Notes: generated from the sequence alone by a model not told the origin. A stretch of DNA of 64,000 nt from the human T2T-CHM13v2.0 reference genome, Homo sapiens (GCF_009914755.1 NC_060932.1), one strand, 5' to 3'. Positions 37,985 to 52,006 are shown, counted from the first letter of the stretch. Numbers and translations are program-made.

Positions 37985-38482
37985 TGCCAGGGGCGTGTGA
38001 ACCAGAGCAACTCCCTCTTAAATAGGAGTGGGGTAAAATGAGGCTGAAACCTACTGGGCTGCATTCCCAGATGGTTAAGGTATTCTAAGTCACAGGATGA
38101 GATAGGAGGTCAACACAAAATACAGGTCATAAAGACCTTGCTGGATAAAACAAGTTGCAGTAAAGAAGCTGGCCAAAACCCACCAAAACCAAACTGGCGA
38201 CGAGAGTGACCGCTGGTCATCCTCACTGCTACACTCTCACCAGCGCCATGACAGTTTACAAATGCCATAGCAATGTCAGAAAGTTACTTTATATGGTCTA
38301 AAAAGGGGAGACATGAATAATCCTCCCCTTGTTTAGCATATCATCAATAAATAACCATAAAAATGGGCAGCCAGCAAACCTCAGAACTGCTCTGTCTATG
38401 GAGTAGCCATTCTTTTATTCCTTTACTTTCTTAATAAACTTGCTTTCACTTTGCACTGCGTACTTGCCCTGAATTCTTTCTC
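37985..38482 (+). mobile_element. MER41A solo LTR (ERV1), 3' end truncated
   Basis: TGCCAGGGGCGTGTGAACCAGAGCAACTCC...CTACTGGGCTGCATTCCCAG...CTTAATAAACTTGCTTTCACTTT; the last roughly 55 bp of U5 are missing. Confidence 0.9.
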
Positions 38483-40164
38483 ACATCACATTTCTTTTGG
38501 TCTCAATCTCCAGTGAAATAACTCCTCACACATTTCTTACTTTCCACATCATGCTTCCACCTTCTGAATATAGGTAGTGCTAATGAATTCCTTTTAAACA
38601 TTACTTCAGTATTACATTTGAATATGTAACATTCAAATTACATAATATGGTAATGGAAAACGTGGATGGCAGAAATGAAAAGGAACTACTACTAAGTTTA
38701 ACTACTTTTTTAAGTTTAAAACTCAAAGCAGAGAATAACTAAATACCAACAGACTGAGCAATAGGGGAAATTTTTCAAAATAGGAAGAAAAAGAGAGCGA
38801 GAGAAAGAACAACTCCAATTGTTAGTCCTATTAATTAACGTTCATATGACTACAATGGTAGAACCATCGATCCCTTAGATGTTGGTTGCCTAGATGTTCC
38901 CAAATCCTCTGGTCCTGAGGGATTATTCTTCTTTAATAAATAAGTAAAATTCATGTTGGTTTCCATCCTAATGATTATAGAAAAGCCAGCATTTCCCTCA
39001 CATCATCTATAGGAACACTTGGGATCTACATTTCTACACATCACCTCTTGGCCTGATTTCACATGGTCATTGAAATTCTCTCCTGTGGCCTGTTTTCTGT
39101 ATTCTGTGTTGATATAAACACCTACATATTTTTTCTTTGATACTCCAAACCCATTGTGATAACAAAGCTCTTGAATTTAGCATAGTCTTTCTAAATCATT
39201 TTGAGTAGCACAGCGTAGAAAACACTAACAAATTGAATACTAGACTATTCTTATTAGTAGAATATTATTCTTAACAGTCTTTCTTTCATTCACACTGTTG
39301 GAATCCCTCACAGGCTGTCATTTGTCATCAAACATCCATGTCCTCATCTCCTCACCTTTTAGGATAAGTGTTGGGATTCACAAACAACACTCTCCAAGCA
39401 CGAAACTTTCCTTACTACTTCTTCTTCCTCTTGTTTCTCCACATTTTCTTATGTATGAAATTCAGTTTTCTATTTTTCTTCTTGCAGCAGTCCTTTTACT
39501 TGTGATACCAAAACAACCTGTAACATTATTTTTCTGAGTAATCATCCACCCTGGAGAAAAATTATGTGCCTCTCTTAGAAGGCATATTATTTGTTTTGTC
39601 TTCATTCTGCATGAAGAACTGTAGGGTTTTCCCTCTCCACTCTATGTAAGAAAAATGATAATTTTATAATCCTTTATATTCTACTTTTTAATTTATTTTG
39701 GTGCCTGGTTAAAAAAAGTACATACTTAGAAATGTGGTTGGCATGTAAGAAGGGTTTAAAAGATAATAAAATCGACAATTTAGGATTGTTGTAAGTGGTG
39801 CTGAAGTAGAAAAAAATGAATTGTGCTTATCTAAGTACATGATAACTAGATGTGGAATTAGAGGATGCAAATTGAGAGATGTAGAAAAGTTATTTTTTTA
39901 AAAAGAGGCATGATTTGAGGATGATTTTTATACATGGATTGGATTAAATTGTTCAGCAATGCTTGCTTATTGGTATCTTCAGTTTCATATGAGGATAATA
40001 GTAGTATCTAAAACTCAGCTGTCCCTGAAACTCTTGGCTGGGCAGGGAGTTTACTAATTCCTGTTAAAAGCTTGACTGGAAAATTAATAATTCTGAAAAA
40101 CATGCTATCAATTCATTATTCTAAAAGCTTCTCCTGTATTTTTCAAGTCCTGTCAAAAGCTGGC

Positions 40165-40590
40165 TCTCATAGAAAGCAAGGAAGGTCGCCAAAATGAGAG
40201 CAAATAGAGGCCACTCAATCAGACCTTGTTATAACAAAGGTCACCGACCTTCACTTGTGTGACTCACAGAAGTCACACTTGTGGCAGAGACTCAAAGGTA
40301 GACAGAGAAGTGGGTTAACTTTGTACTAAAAAAAAAAAGAATCTGGGAAGACCTCAGTTTTGCTCTGATTGGAGGTTGTTGGCATGGGGAAGCTGTAGGT
40401 GGGCAACCTAGAATGGGAGGCATCTTTTATGTTTGGCTAGGGAGCATAATTGACTTTCTCTGGGGTTGGCCCTGCATTCAAAGCAGGGCAAAAATTGGGG
40501 AAGCTGACAGTCCTTGACCAAGTCCTAATTCTCCTGCATTGATTGCTGCAGAGGTTGTGCATCAGAGTTCTATTGTCACGTATGATCTCT
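40165..40590 (-). mobile_element. ERV1 LTR (MER90-like)
   Basis: GACTCAAAGGTAGACAGAG...GCTCTGATTGGAGGTTGTTGGCATGGGGAAGCTGTAGG...CAAAAATTGGGGAAGCTG. Confidence 0.55.
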
Positions 40591-40599
40591 CACTCCCCA

Positions 40600-41220
40600 G
40601 ATATTACCTACAGAACCTGTTGGTTAGACAAACCTGAAATTGTTTCTTATCTGGGTAAGAGAGAATGCAATCTCACAAAGATATGACAGTGGATTGGGGT
40701 GGGGAGAGTAAAAGTCAGTTTGTTGAGAATTGGAAGTTTGATTTAAGGCAAGTCTTTCAAACAGAGAAAATTTGATTAGAGTTGGGTAAGGATAAGGATA
40801 CAACTAAGACCGTTTGAAGCAGCAAGATAAGGATTTTGTGGTGAGTGAGTCAATGCCTGTTGATGTTTGTCATTGAGGAGATCTTTAAGGAAGTTCCTAT
40901 AGTGAACAATCAAACCATTTTGCTTGGGCAGGAGACTCCTGCAAAAAGAGTCATGCTATTGACAAAATAAGAGCAAACTCATGTTTATAGAGACAGTGAG
41001 GAATGGTTTTATTTTATTTAATTATTTATATTTTCATTTTTATAGAGATGGAGTCTTGCTATGTTGCCCAGGCTCTTCCCAAACTCCTGTGCTCTAGTGA
41101 TCCTCCTGTCTTGGCCTCCCAAAGTGCTGAAATTATAGGCATGAGCCACCCACCCAGCCTGAAGTGTGGTGTTCCTTTTCAGTATATAGACCAACTGTGG
41201 GAGTAGACAGTTTTTGCTCT
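40600..41220 (-). mobile_element. ERV1 LTR remnant (MER92-like) interrupted by an Alu monomer
   Basis: TTTGATTTAAGGCAAGTCTTTCA...TTGATTAGAGTTGGGTAAGGAT; family call tentative. Confidence 0.4.
41006..41159 (-). mobile_element. FLAM-type Alu monomer
   Basis: AGAGATGGAGTCTTGCTATGTTGCCCAGGCT...GATCCTCCTGTCTTGGCCTCCCAAAGTGCTG...CCCAGCC. Confidence 0.85.
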
Positions 41221-41567
41221 CTTTTTACTTGGACCATATCTTCTTTCTTCCCCTTAGATAACACTGTCCTGTATTGAAGCTTGCACAATATATGAAATAG
41301 TCATGTCAAATTCATAATCACATTTTATGTGAGGAAATCTCTCAGAATTTTGCACTGCATTCTATTTCCTAGTATTATTCTCTACAAATACTGTTTATTC
41401 TTCCTAAAGGTGTTCTCTATGGGTCTAAGAATCCTTGCATTATTTGGAACTTGAACTTGTTTGCTTTTGCTGACTGTGGAAGGGACACTACCAGGACACT
41501 TTGAGCTAATGGGGAAAAGCTACTGAGTTGGGGAAGCAGTGCTACTTCTGGTGAATAGTATAATGTA

Positions 41568-41647
41568 GTAGCTTGGTGCAAAAGTAATTGTGGTTTTTGC
41601 TGTTTAAAAGTAATGGCAAAAACACAGCTATTTCTGCACCATCCTAA
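41568..41647. mobile_element. MADE1 (Hsmar1-derived MITE), 80 bp
   Basis: TTGGTGCAAAAGTAATTGTGGTTTTTGC...ATGGCAAAAACACAGCTATTTCTGCACCATCCTAA; TA target duplication on both sides. Confidence 0.93.
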
Positions 41648-42615
41648 TAGGTATTGTCCCTGAGGAGGATTAAGGATGGGTGGCACTAGAATGTCTATGT
41701 AGTAGAAGATTTTTTAAAGAAGTGATATGTCTATGAGAAACATGCACTCTATATTGCTGTATTTGTCTTTCAAGTAACTTCAGGGTGTATAACCACTAAA
41801 GCCATAACTTGGCATCTGCTACTGGCTGAATGCAGATTTGCTCAAAGGTAGTAATTATTCAAGATGTGGAAATTTTCCTAATGAAAGACTTAGATCAGAG
41901 AATTCAAGACTAAAAGGTTCCCAAGAAACCAGAAAATTATCTTAGTGAGCAGTACTTTCAGATCACATACATATATCCCAGGACACATCTTTCCTAGGTC
42001 TGTGACATCTTACCCTGTTCACCATGTTCATCTTTCCTTTCCTTTGAAAATGCCCCAGGCTCCTTATGTTAATTATTCCATCCAGTTTGCAGAGCTCTGC
42101 ATGCAAAGATGTGACATGCCGAGTCACAAGAAAGGCCTGTTTTACCTATTCCCTAGAGCAGGAGACATCTTTCTCTCTCTTGCATTTTTTTTTTTTTTTT
42201 TTTTTTTTTTGACTGAGAGGTGTATCTCTCAAGGAACATGTAGGAAAAGTTAAATCTGCTCCAAGGTTACTTGGTTTTGCACAAATCTAGAGTAATTACT
42301 TGTTTCTTTTGCTTAAAAATGATCAATCAATAAATGGAGTAGGAAGCATCTGGTGGGGACATGCATACACTACTTCACAAGTAAATGAATATGTAATGCT
42401 GATCAGCTGAATATTATACTTTGATTTGTTGCCTAAAGAGTCTTAGAAATATTGGCATTTTTTTAATGAGGTAAATGTACGTATGAGAGAGAGCTGAATA
42501 AGCACCTTAAATTCTATATGTGACAGATGAGTTGGTCCTGGAAGAAACTGAAAGACTTTGAAGAATAACGTGTTGTATGATTAGAATTAAGACAGTACAG
42601 GCATTTCTTCATTTA

Positions 42616-45600
42616 CAAAAAAAAAAAATTTAGGGTCAGGGTTTCATGTGCAGGTTATATAGGTAAACTGCATGCCACAGGAGTATGGTTTACAGACTGA
42701 TTATTTCATCACCCAGATGATGAGCATAGTACCTGATAGGTAGTTTTTCCTTCCTCTCCCTCCTCCCACTGTCTACCCTCAAGTAGGCCCTGGTGTCTGT
42801 TGTCCCTTCTTTGTATCCATATGTACTCAATATTTGGTTCCCACTTATAAGTGAGAATATGTGGTATTTAGTTTTCTGTTCCTGTGTTAGTTCACTTAAG
42901 ATAATGGCCTCCACCTCCATCCATGTTGCTGCAAAAGACATGATCTCATTCATTTTTATGGCTGCATAGTATTCTATGGTGTATATGTACCACATTTTCT
43001 TTATTCAGTCTACTCTTGATGGGCATTAAGGTTGATTCTATTACTTTGCTTTCATGAGTGGTGCTGTAATGAACATGCACATGCATCTGTCTGTGTGGTA
43101 GCATAATTTATATTTTTGGAGGTATATACCCAATAATGGGATTGATAGGTCGAATGGTAGTTTAAGTTCTTTGAGAAATCTCAAAACTGCTTTCTACAGT
43201 GGTTGAATTAATTTACATTCTAATCAACAGTGGATAAGCATTTCTTTTTCTCTGCAGCCTTGCCAGCATCTTTTGTCCCCTGACTTTTTAATAATGGCCA
43301 TTCTGACTGGTGTGAAATATCTCATTGTGGTTTTGATTTGCATTTCTCTAATGATTAGTGTTATTGAGCATTTTTTCATATCTTGTTGTTTGCGTGTATG
43401 TCTTCTTTTAAGAAGTGACTGTTTATGCACTCTGCCCACTTTTCTAATGGTGTTGTTTGTTTAACTGTTTAAGTTCCTTATAGACTCTTGATAGCCCTTT
43501 GTCAGATGCCTAGTTTGCAAATATTTTCTCCCATTCTGCAGGTTGTCAGCTTATTCTGTTGATACTTTCTTATGCTCTGCAGGTGCTCTTTAGTTTTATT
43601 AGGTCCTATTTGTTGATTTTTATTTTTGTTGCAATTGCTTTTGGCATCTTCATCATGAAATCTTTGCCAGAGCCTATGTTCAGAGTGGTATTTCCTAGTT
43701 TTCTTCTGGGGTTTGTATAGTTTTAGGTTTTACATCTAAGCCTTTAATCCATCTTGAGTTGATTTTTGTGGATGGTGAAAGGAAAGGATACAATTTCAAT
43801 CTCTTACACAAGGCTAGCCAGTTATCCCAGCACCATTTATTGAACATAGAGTCCTTTCCTCATTGCTTGTTTTTGCTGACTTTGTTGATGATCAGATGGT
43901 TTTAGGTGTGTGACCTTATTTCTGCACTTTCTATTCGGTTCCATTGTCTATTGTGTTTGTATTTGTGCCATTGTCTATTGTGTTTGTATTTGTGCCATGC
44001 TGTTTTGGTTACTGTAGCCTTGGAGTATAGTTTGAAGTTGGGTAATGTGATGCCTCCAGCTTTGTTCTTTTTGCTTAGGATTACTTTGGCTATTTGGGCT
44101 CTTTTTTGGTCTCACATGCATTTTAGAATAGTCTTTTCTAATTCAGTGAAAAATGTCATTGGTGGGTTTGTTAGGAATAGCATTGAATCTGTAAGTTGCT
44201 TTGGGCAGTATGTCCATTTTAGCAGTATTGATTCTTTCTGTTCATAAGCATGAAATATTTTTCCATTTGTTTGTATCATCTTTGATTTATTTCAGCACAG
44301 TTTTGTAGTTCTCCTTGTAGAGATCTTTCGCCTCCCTGGTTAGCTGTTTTCCTAGCTTTGTGTGTGTGTGTGAATGGGACTATTGTGAATGGGATTTCAT
44401 TCTTGATTTGGATCTCATTTGAATGTTACTGGTGTATAGAAATACTACTGTATTTTGTACATTGGTTTCGTATCCTGAAACTTTGCCCAAGTTGTGTAAC
44501 AGATCTAGGAGCTTTTGCGAAGAGACTATAGAGTTTTCTAGGTATAAAACCATAATAATCTGCAGGCAGACAGTTTGACTTCTCTGTTTCTATTTGGATG
44601 CCTTTTATTTCTCTTGCATGATTGTTCTGGCTAGGACTTGCAGTACTATGTTGAATAGGAGTGGTGAGAGTGAGCATTCCTGTATTGTTGTGATTCTTAA
44701 GAGAAGTGTTTCTAGCTTTTCCTCATTTAGTATGATGTTATCTGTGGATTTTATTGAAAGCCTTTTCTGCATCTATTAAGATGACCATGAGGTTTTTGGT
44801 TTTAATTCTGCTTATGTGATGAATCACATTTATTCATTCCTATGTGTTGAACCAAACTTGCATCCTAGAAATGAAGCCTACTTGATCGTGGTGGACTAGC
44901 TTTTTGATGTGCTGCTGGATTCAGTTTGCCAGTATTTTGTTGAAAATTTTTGCATCTTTGTATATAAAGGATATTGGCCTGAAGTTTTATTTTTTTGTTG
45001 TGTCTCTGCTTGTTTCGGTATCAGGATGATACTGGCCTCATAGAATGAGTTAAGGAGGAGTCCCTTCTCTTCAATTTTTTGGAACAGTTTCAGTAGGAAT
45101 GGTACCAGTTCTTCTGTGTAATTCCGGTAGAATTCAACTGTGAATCTGTGTGGTCCAGGGCTTTCCCTGGTTGGTCGGCTTTTAATTATTGATTCAACTT
45201 TGGAATTCATTATTGCTCTGATTAGAATTTCAATTTCCTGCTGATTTAAACTTGGGAGTTTGTATATTGCCAGGAATTATCCATTTATTGTAGATATTCT
45301 AATTTGTGTGCATAGAAGAGTTTGAAATGGTTTCTGCAGGGTTTTTTGTGTTTCTGAGACATCAGTGGTAATGTCCCCTTTGTGATGGTGTTTATTTGGA
45401 TCTTCTCTCTTTTTCTTCTTTATTAGTCTCACTAGCTGTCGATCACATTTATTCTTTCAAAGAACCAACTTCTGGTTTCATTCATCTTTGGAATGGATTT
45501 TTGTGTCTCAATTACATTCAGTTCAGTTCTGATTTTGGTTTGGGGTTGATTTTGCTTTTATTTTTTGAGTTCCTCTAAGAGTGATATTAGGTTGTTAATT

Positions 45601-47061
45601 TGAGATCTTTCTAAATTTTTGATGTGGACATTTAGTGCTATAAACTTTCCTCTTAGCACTGCTTTAGATGTATTCCAGAGATTCTAGTATGTTGTATTAT
45701 TGTTTTAATTAGTTTCACAGAATGTCTTGATTTCTGCCTTAATTTTATTATTTATCAAAAAGTCATTCAGGATCAGGTTGTTTAATTTCCATGTAATTGT
45801 ATGGTTTTAAGCAATCTTCATAGTACTGACTTCTATTTTTGTTGCACTGTAGTCTGAGAGTGTGATTGGTATGATTTCAGTTGTTTTTTTTTAATTTACT
45901 CAGAATTGTATTATGGCTGATTATGTGGTTTTTAGAGTATGTGCCATTTACAAATAATAGGAATGTATATTTTGTTGTTTTTGATTGGAGAGTTTTATAG
46001 ATTTCTGTTAGGTCCATTTGGTCAAGTGTCAAGTATAGGTCCTGAATATCTTTGTTAGATTTCTGCGTTGGGGATCTAATAATACTGTTAGTAGGGTGTT
46101 GAACTCTTTTACTATTATTGTGGGGTTATCTATGTCTCTTTGTAGGTCTCTAAGAACTTGCTTTATTAATCTGGGTGCTCCTGTGTTTGGTACATATATA
46201 TTTAGCATAGTTTAATTGAGCACTTTACCATTATGTAATGCCTTTCTTTGTCTTTTGTATCATTGTTTGAAAGTCTGTTTTGTTTGAAATTAGAATAACA
46301 ACCCCTGCTTTTTGGTTTTGCTTGGTTTGGTTTTATCTTTGCTTTGACCCTATGAGTGTCTTGAAGACAGCATACAGTTGGGTCTTGTCCCTTTATTCAA
46401 CTTGCCAGCATACCTTTTAAGTGGGGGCATTTGTCCTATTTATATTCAAGGTTAATATTGATATATGTGGATTTGACCCTGTCATCCTGATGTTAGCTGG
46501 TTATTATTCAGACTTGATTGTGTAATTACTTTATAGTGTAAATGATCTATGTATGTAAGTGTGTTTTTGGTGGCTGGTAATGGCCTGTTTCTATATTTAA
46601 CCCCTGTGTAAGGTACCTCTTATGAGGCAGGTCTGGTGGTAACAAATTTCCTTAGCATTTGCTTTTCTGAAAAGGCTTTTATTTCTCCTTTTTAAATGAA
46701 GCTTAATTTGGCTGTATAAGAAATCATGGTTGGAATTTCTTTTCTTTAAGAATGCTGAATATAGGCCCATGATTTCTTCTCACTTGTAGGATTCCTGATG
46801 AAAGGTCGACTGTTGGCCCAATGGGGTTCCCTTTGTAGGTGACCTGACCCTTCTTTCTAGCTGCCTTAAAAAAAATTTTTTTTTACATGTTGACCTTGGA
46901 GAATATGATGACTATATTTCTTGGGAAAGTCATCTTTTATAGCATCACACAGGAGGTCTCTGCATTTCCTGAGTTTGAATGTTGGCCTATGTAGTGAGAT
47001 TGGGGAAATTTTCATGGACAATATCTTCAAACATCTTATCCAACTTGCTTGCTTTCTCTCC
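42616..47061 (-). mobile_element. L1PA15/16-like LINE-1, about 4.4 kb, 5'-truncated in ORF1, with decayed ORF2
   Basis: 3' UTR CATGTGCAGG...GATTATTTCATCACCCAG; ORF2p remnants at 42690-42995, 43224-43439 and 44896-45210 (SPGPHRFT...[15 protein letters not shown]); TSD CATTTCTTCATTT/CATTTCTTACTTT. Confidence 0.93.
43941..43998. repeat. Perfect 27-bp tandem duplication inside L1 ORF2
   Basis: CCATTGTCTATTGTGTTTGTATTTGTG twice, then CCAT. Confidence 0.95.
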
Positions 47062-49451
47062 CATTTCTTACTTTTAACGATAGTGCGAGGCCATAAAAAT
47101 GACTGTATGTTGAAACTCACAACGTGATCTTAATAATCAATGGGAGAATTATGATTGCTCTGTGACCTTTAAATTTTTGTCAAAGTATTTAAAACTCTTT
47201 TGCTCTAAATTGTACATCCATAGGGGAAAATAATAGTAAAACTTCCATTTGAGGGCTCTAGTTATCTTATAAAGTAACTAGATAATTTTACTAGTAAACT
47301 AATATTATTTAGTGCATTATAATTTAAACATTAGAAACATTGAGAAAGTGTTTTTTATATATAATTTAATTAATCCTAATTATCAATTTTGTATAAAAAT
47401 TAAGTACTTATCTTTTTCTTCTCCTTATATAACTTATATCTAATGAGCATCCTTTCTACCCATTGGAAGCAATTTGGAAAATGTGTCTTTTGCTAATAGA
47501 GGATTTTCATTTCTTCAATTTAAAAAGTCATAGTTTGGGTAAGGGGAATTAAAAATTATCTGCACCTTAATTACAAATCAAGTCTTTACAGAATTATCAT
47601 TTAGCCTTTTGGAGTATTAACCAATGCAATAATAGTTGAAATGTGGAGCAATTGCTGGGCTGTATCAAAGATTATCATACAACTGAGACATATAAGGGAT
47701 GTGGAGTCACTTACCCCATCTTTTCCTCAATGTAGGGATTATCTTTTTAAAATTTGTGAACATTCTGATACTTTTGAAAGTTGTTCCTTAAGAGAGCTTC
47801 ACATCATATCTAATACAGTGATCACTGAAAAATTTATTCTTGTTAAGTCAAAGACTTCTCATTACCTTTCCTTGGTCCCTTATTCTTTTCTCTAGATCTT
47901 AAGAACTAAGCCCACTTGTTGAACAGGATACTCGCTAAACATTCAGACAGCTTTCCTGCTCACGTCCCTCTTTTCTCTAAGCTGTAGTTTATTCTAGTGC
48001 CTTCTGATTTCTGAAAACCTCATAGGATACTTAGTTCCACCCTCTTTACTCTTTTTATAGTGCTTATCCCCAAGAGAGTTTATTAATTTGGAAATTTTAT
48101 CCTTTTGGTAATCCTGATTGCTGTAGTGCCGAAGAGCAAGGTCGTACATCTTGGGAGATGGAATCTTGATTTGATCCTCAAGTCAGTGGAAAGCCATTTA
48201 CGGGTTATATGTAGTAGGCAGAGGAGTGAGATAAACAGATTTGCATTTTTATGAAGATACCTGCGCAGCATTTTGGAAAAAGGAATGGAGTCGATGAGGG
48301 ACAGTGGGATCTGCAGGGGAGTTTAATTATGAATTGATCAGGGTGAGTCTTTCAAGTACCTTTCTGTCAATGAGCATTTATAAGGTCTCTCCAATTATTT
48401 CTGGGAGTCTTTCTATTTCTGCTCTGGCAGAGTAAAATAGATGATTAGTTAAGATCTTACGTTAGACACCCAAAGGACTTGCAGAAATAGTTGGCGAGAC
48501 TTTGAGATGGAGAATCTTAAGTCTTGTAGTTATGTAGGTAGGAGTTTGTGTACTAGAGAATTTTAATATTGATGTTAATATACTTTAATTTTTACCAATA
48601 TGCTGTTGAGGTTAGGACACATTCAGGGTACATTTTCACTTATAATAAATTATTCTTCATATGTGTCTATCTCTCACTAGACTATTTATTGTCTGACTGA
48701 TGTTTGAGAGACTGACATGTTAGTGTTTATGTCTTTGTAAATAGCAGAGCATCTGGAACATATTAGAAAAAATATGAATGAATGAATGATAGACATAATG
48801 TGTAGTTGTTATTGAAATTATGTATTTCGGTGAGTTGGATAAAATTTGTCTGTTATTTACCTTGTTTAAAAATAAATTGATGTGAGTTAAAATTTAGTAA
48901 TGAAGAGCAGCATTGTAAATACTACAAAAAACATTTCCAGATAATATTTAATAGCTTTACAAGTGTGTCTTTAATGAACTTAAGATATACCTTCCCCTGT
49001 AATTGCTGACAACTGTGTTGTTGTAGGTTGGAGATCACACGTGCTTATCAGAGGTACTATTGACTTATACTTGTTCTGCTTATTGATTACTTAATTAGTT
49101 TTCTAAGATAGCTAATCAGAGAGAGATGTAGGTATTTAGGAGTCTTTCATTAAAACATGCTAAGAAATTTAAAACAGAAATGTGTGACCTGAAAGGAAAG
49201 CTCAGTAAAGGCAGAGTTCTTGAGGACCTTGGATATAATGTAATGTCCTACTGTAGGTAAAACTGGTATAATTTAATTTCTATTTTCTTCTTCAGAATAA
49301 TGATATATTTTTTTGTTCCATTGGTTAGGGAAATATATCACATGCATGCCTCTATGATTTATGGGTATTTCCATTTCCATCTGAATTGTAGATTAGCAGA
49401 AGTAAGTGCACATTTCTACGACCTATATATTAAACACACTTAACTTTTGAC

Positions 49452-49936
<485 letters not shown>

Positions 49937-51501
49937 TAAAGGTTTATTTTTTAATCCAAATCCGTTTTGTGTTTCTGTTCAAATACTAACTAATATAATA
50001 TGGGATATTAGTGAAGTCCTTCATCTAACAATTCTTTAACTTCAATTATCTTCTTTAGAAAATGAGTTGTTCTCATCTTCTTATTTAAATTAATTAATAA
50101 ACACTAGCACTTTTACATCATATCCTGTGTTTTATGTAAAATAAACTCTCATAAAGTTTACACTATTTTTTTTAAAAGAAGTGACTTCTAATGTTATACT
50201 TTCCTCACAATCAGAGTTTTTAAAGAAAAGTCATAGGAATATTTTGCTCTTTCTACATATCTGTACATTTTATTAGTTGGTTTGCTGTCATGCTTTTTCT
50301 TAATATTAAAGTTGACCAAAACAAAACAGAATAGGTAAAACTGTGCAGTAATGAAAGCTGATCATTAATGACATGTCCTTAAATTGAGCTTTGAGATATG
50401 TACATTGAGATAAGAATATTTATTCTGGAGAATTCTAGATGCTGCACTTAACGGTAAATTTGCTAAATAGTTCTGATCTTGGAATTTTTACATACTAGTG
50501 TGGAAAGCTTTTATTGTTCAGTTATATCATTATTTTATTAAAACTGTTTATTCATATGACTTTTGGGAAACATTACAGAGCTGGTTTGTCACAAGTTCTT
50601 TGTACCTAACAGAATGAGAAATGAGATGATAAAATAGAATACAGTTTTATTTTTCTGTTTTAAGCTTAATACCTAAAAGATGTATGAACTATTAAGTAAA
50701 AAAACACTCAATTATTCATTCTTTCATCCAAGTATATAACCAATTTATTAAGCATATATGTGCTCATGTGAAAATTGAATAAGAGCTTTTTGTTTCAGAG
50801 CAATTTTTTATTTAAAAATTCTTAACATAAAGTAATACAAGACTCATCTATACCTCTAGCTTTCACTGATTCCTTGCTTTAATCATTCGTCTAGTAATTC
50901 AACTGATATTTATTCAGCAACAGCTGCTCATTTACATAAAATAAGAAACAATATGTTCAGGAATTGGAGGATATTAAAAAACAGTTATCTTAAGCTTAAG
51001 TTTGGAAAAATAACGTATATAGAGGATTACTTAAAAATTTGTATAGATTTAATTGTGTAAAATGTGAGAAAAGGGAACAAATTGCAAATGAAACAAATGA
51101 AGAAAAAGTACATGTTTTCCATCTTTCTTCAATTGCTGTTTTTTGTTGTTTGTACATAATTTAGAGGCATAGATTGGATTAGTAGTATATCACTTTTCAT
51201 ATAGTTTATTTGAAAACTTGTATTCCCTCTTCCGGTCTCATCCCCTATCTTCCCCTACTAATGGTAAGGAAAACAAGTTGGTTGGTAATTGAATATAATA
51301 GCATTCATCCCAGCAGGTTGCATAGTCTCCGCTACTGCAATAGTTCAAAACCAGTGGGATGATTTGGATTAGAAAATTGAAGGTAAAATGAACTATTAAT
51401 GTAAATGAAGGAAGGCACTGTGATTTGTTGAGGAAGAAAACAAAGAGTATGTAATTCCAGTGTCCTAAGAGGCAGAGAGACTTTTAGAAAGCCCCACCCC
51501 T

Positions 51502-51737
51502 ATCATGAGGTCAGGAGATCAAGACCATCCTGGCCAACATAGTGAAACCCCATCTCTACTAAAAATACAAAAAATTAGCCAGGCATGGTGGCGGGCACCT
51601 GTAGTCCTAGCTATTCGGGAGGCTGAGGCAGGAGAATGGCGTGAACCTGGGAGGCGGAGCTTTCAGTGAGCTGAGATTGCGCCACTGCACCCCAGCCTGG
51701 GTGACAGAGCGAGACTCCGTCTAAAAAAAAAAAAAAC
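51502..51737 (+). mobile_element. AluY/AluSc8-type, 5'-truncated
   Basis: Starts ATCATGAGGTCAGGAGATC; contains AATGGCGTGAACC; TSD GAAAGCCCCACCCCT/GAAAACCCCACCTCT. Confidence 0.92.
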
Positions 51738-52006
51738 GAAAACCCCACCTCTTTCAGTGGCAAAGCTTATTCTAATAGTGTTCAAAATAAGTCTCAGGTA
51801 CCTATGACTATAACAAATTGGGTTCTTAGGAAAATATTTTTGCTACAATTAGTTTTTTGGGGGATGCTTGTACATGATAAAAAGGAGGAGGAGTATTTCT
51901 GAAGTGATATTTTGGGTGGGTCTGCTAACTATATAGATTCTGGAACCATGTCTATCAGGCGAAGTGTTTTTAAACCATCTTTTGATAAGTATAGGTCAGA
52001 CTTTGG

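Noticed and set aside
40252-40283. Small hairpin GTGTGACT...AGTCACAC
   Set aside because: 8-bp stem inside an LTR; too short to distinguish from chance.
42690-47127. Multiple ORFs with reverse-transcriptase-associated similarity
   Set aside because: Frameshifted, deleted pieces of one dead L1; no intact ORF1/ORF2 and no 5' UTR.
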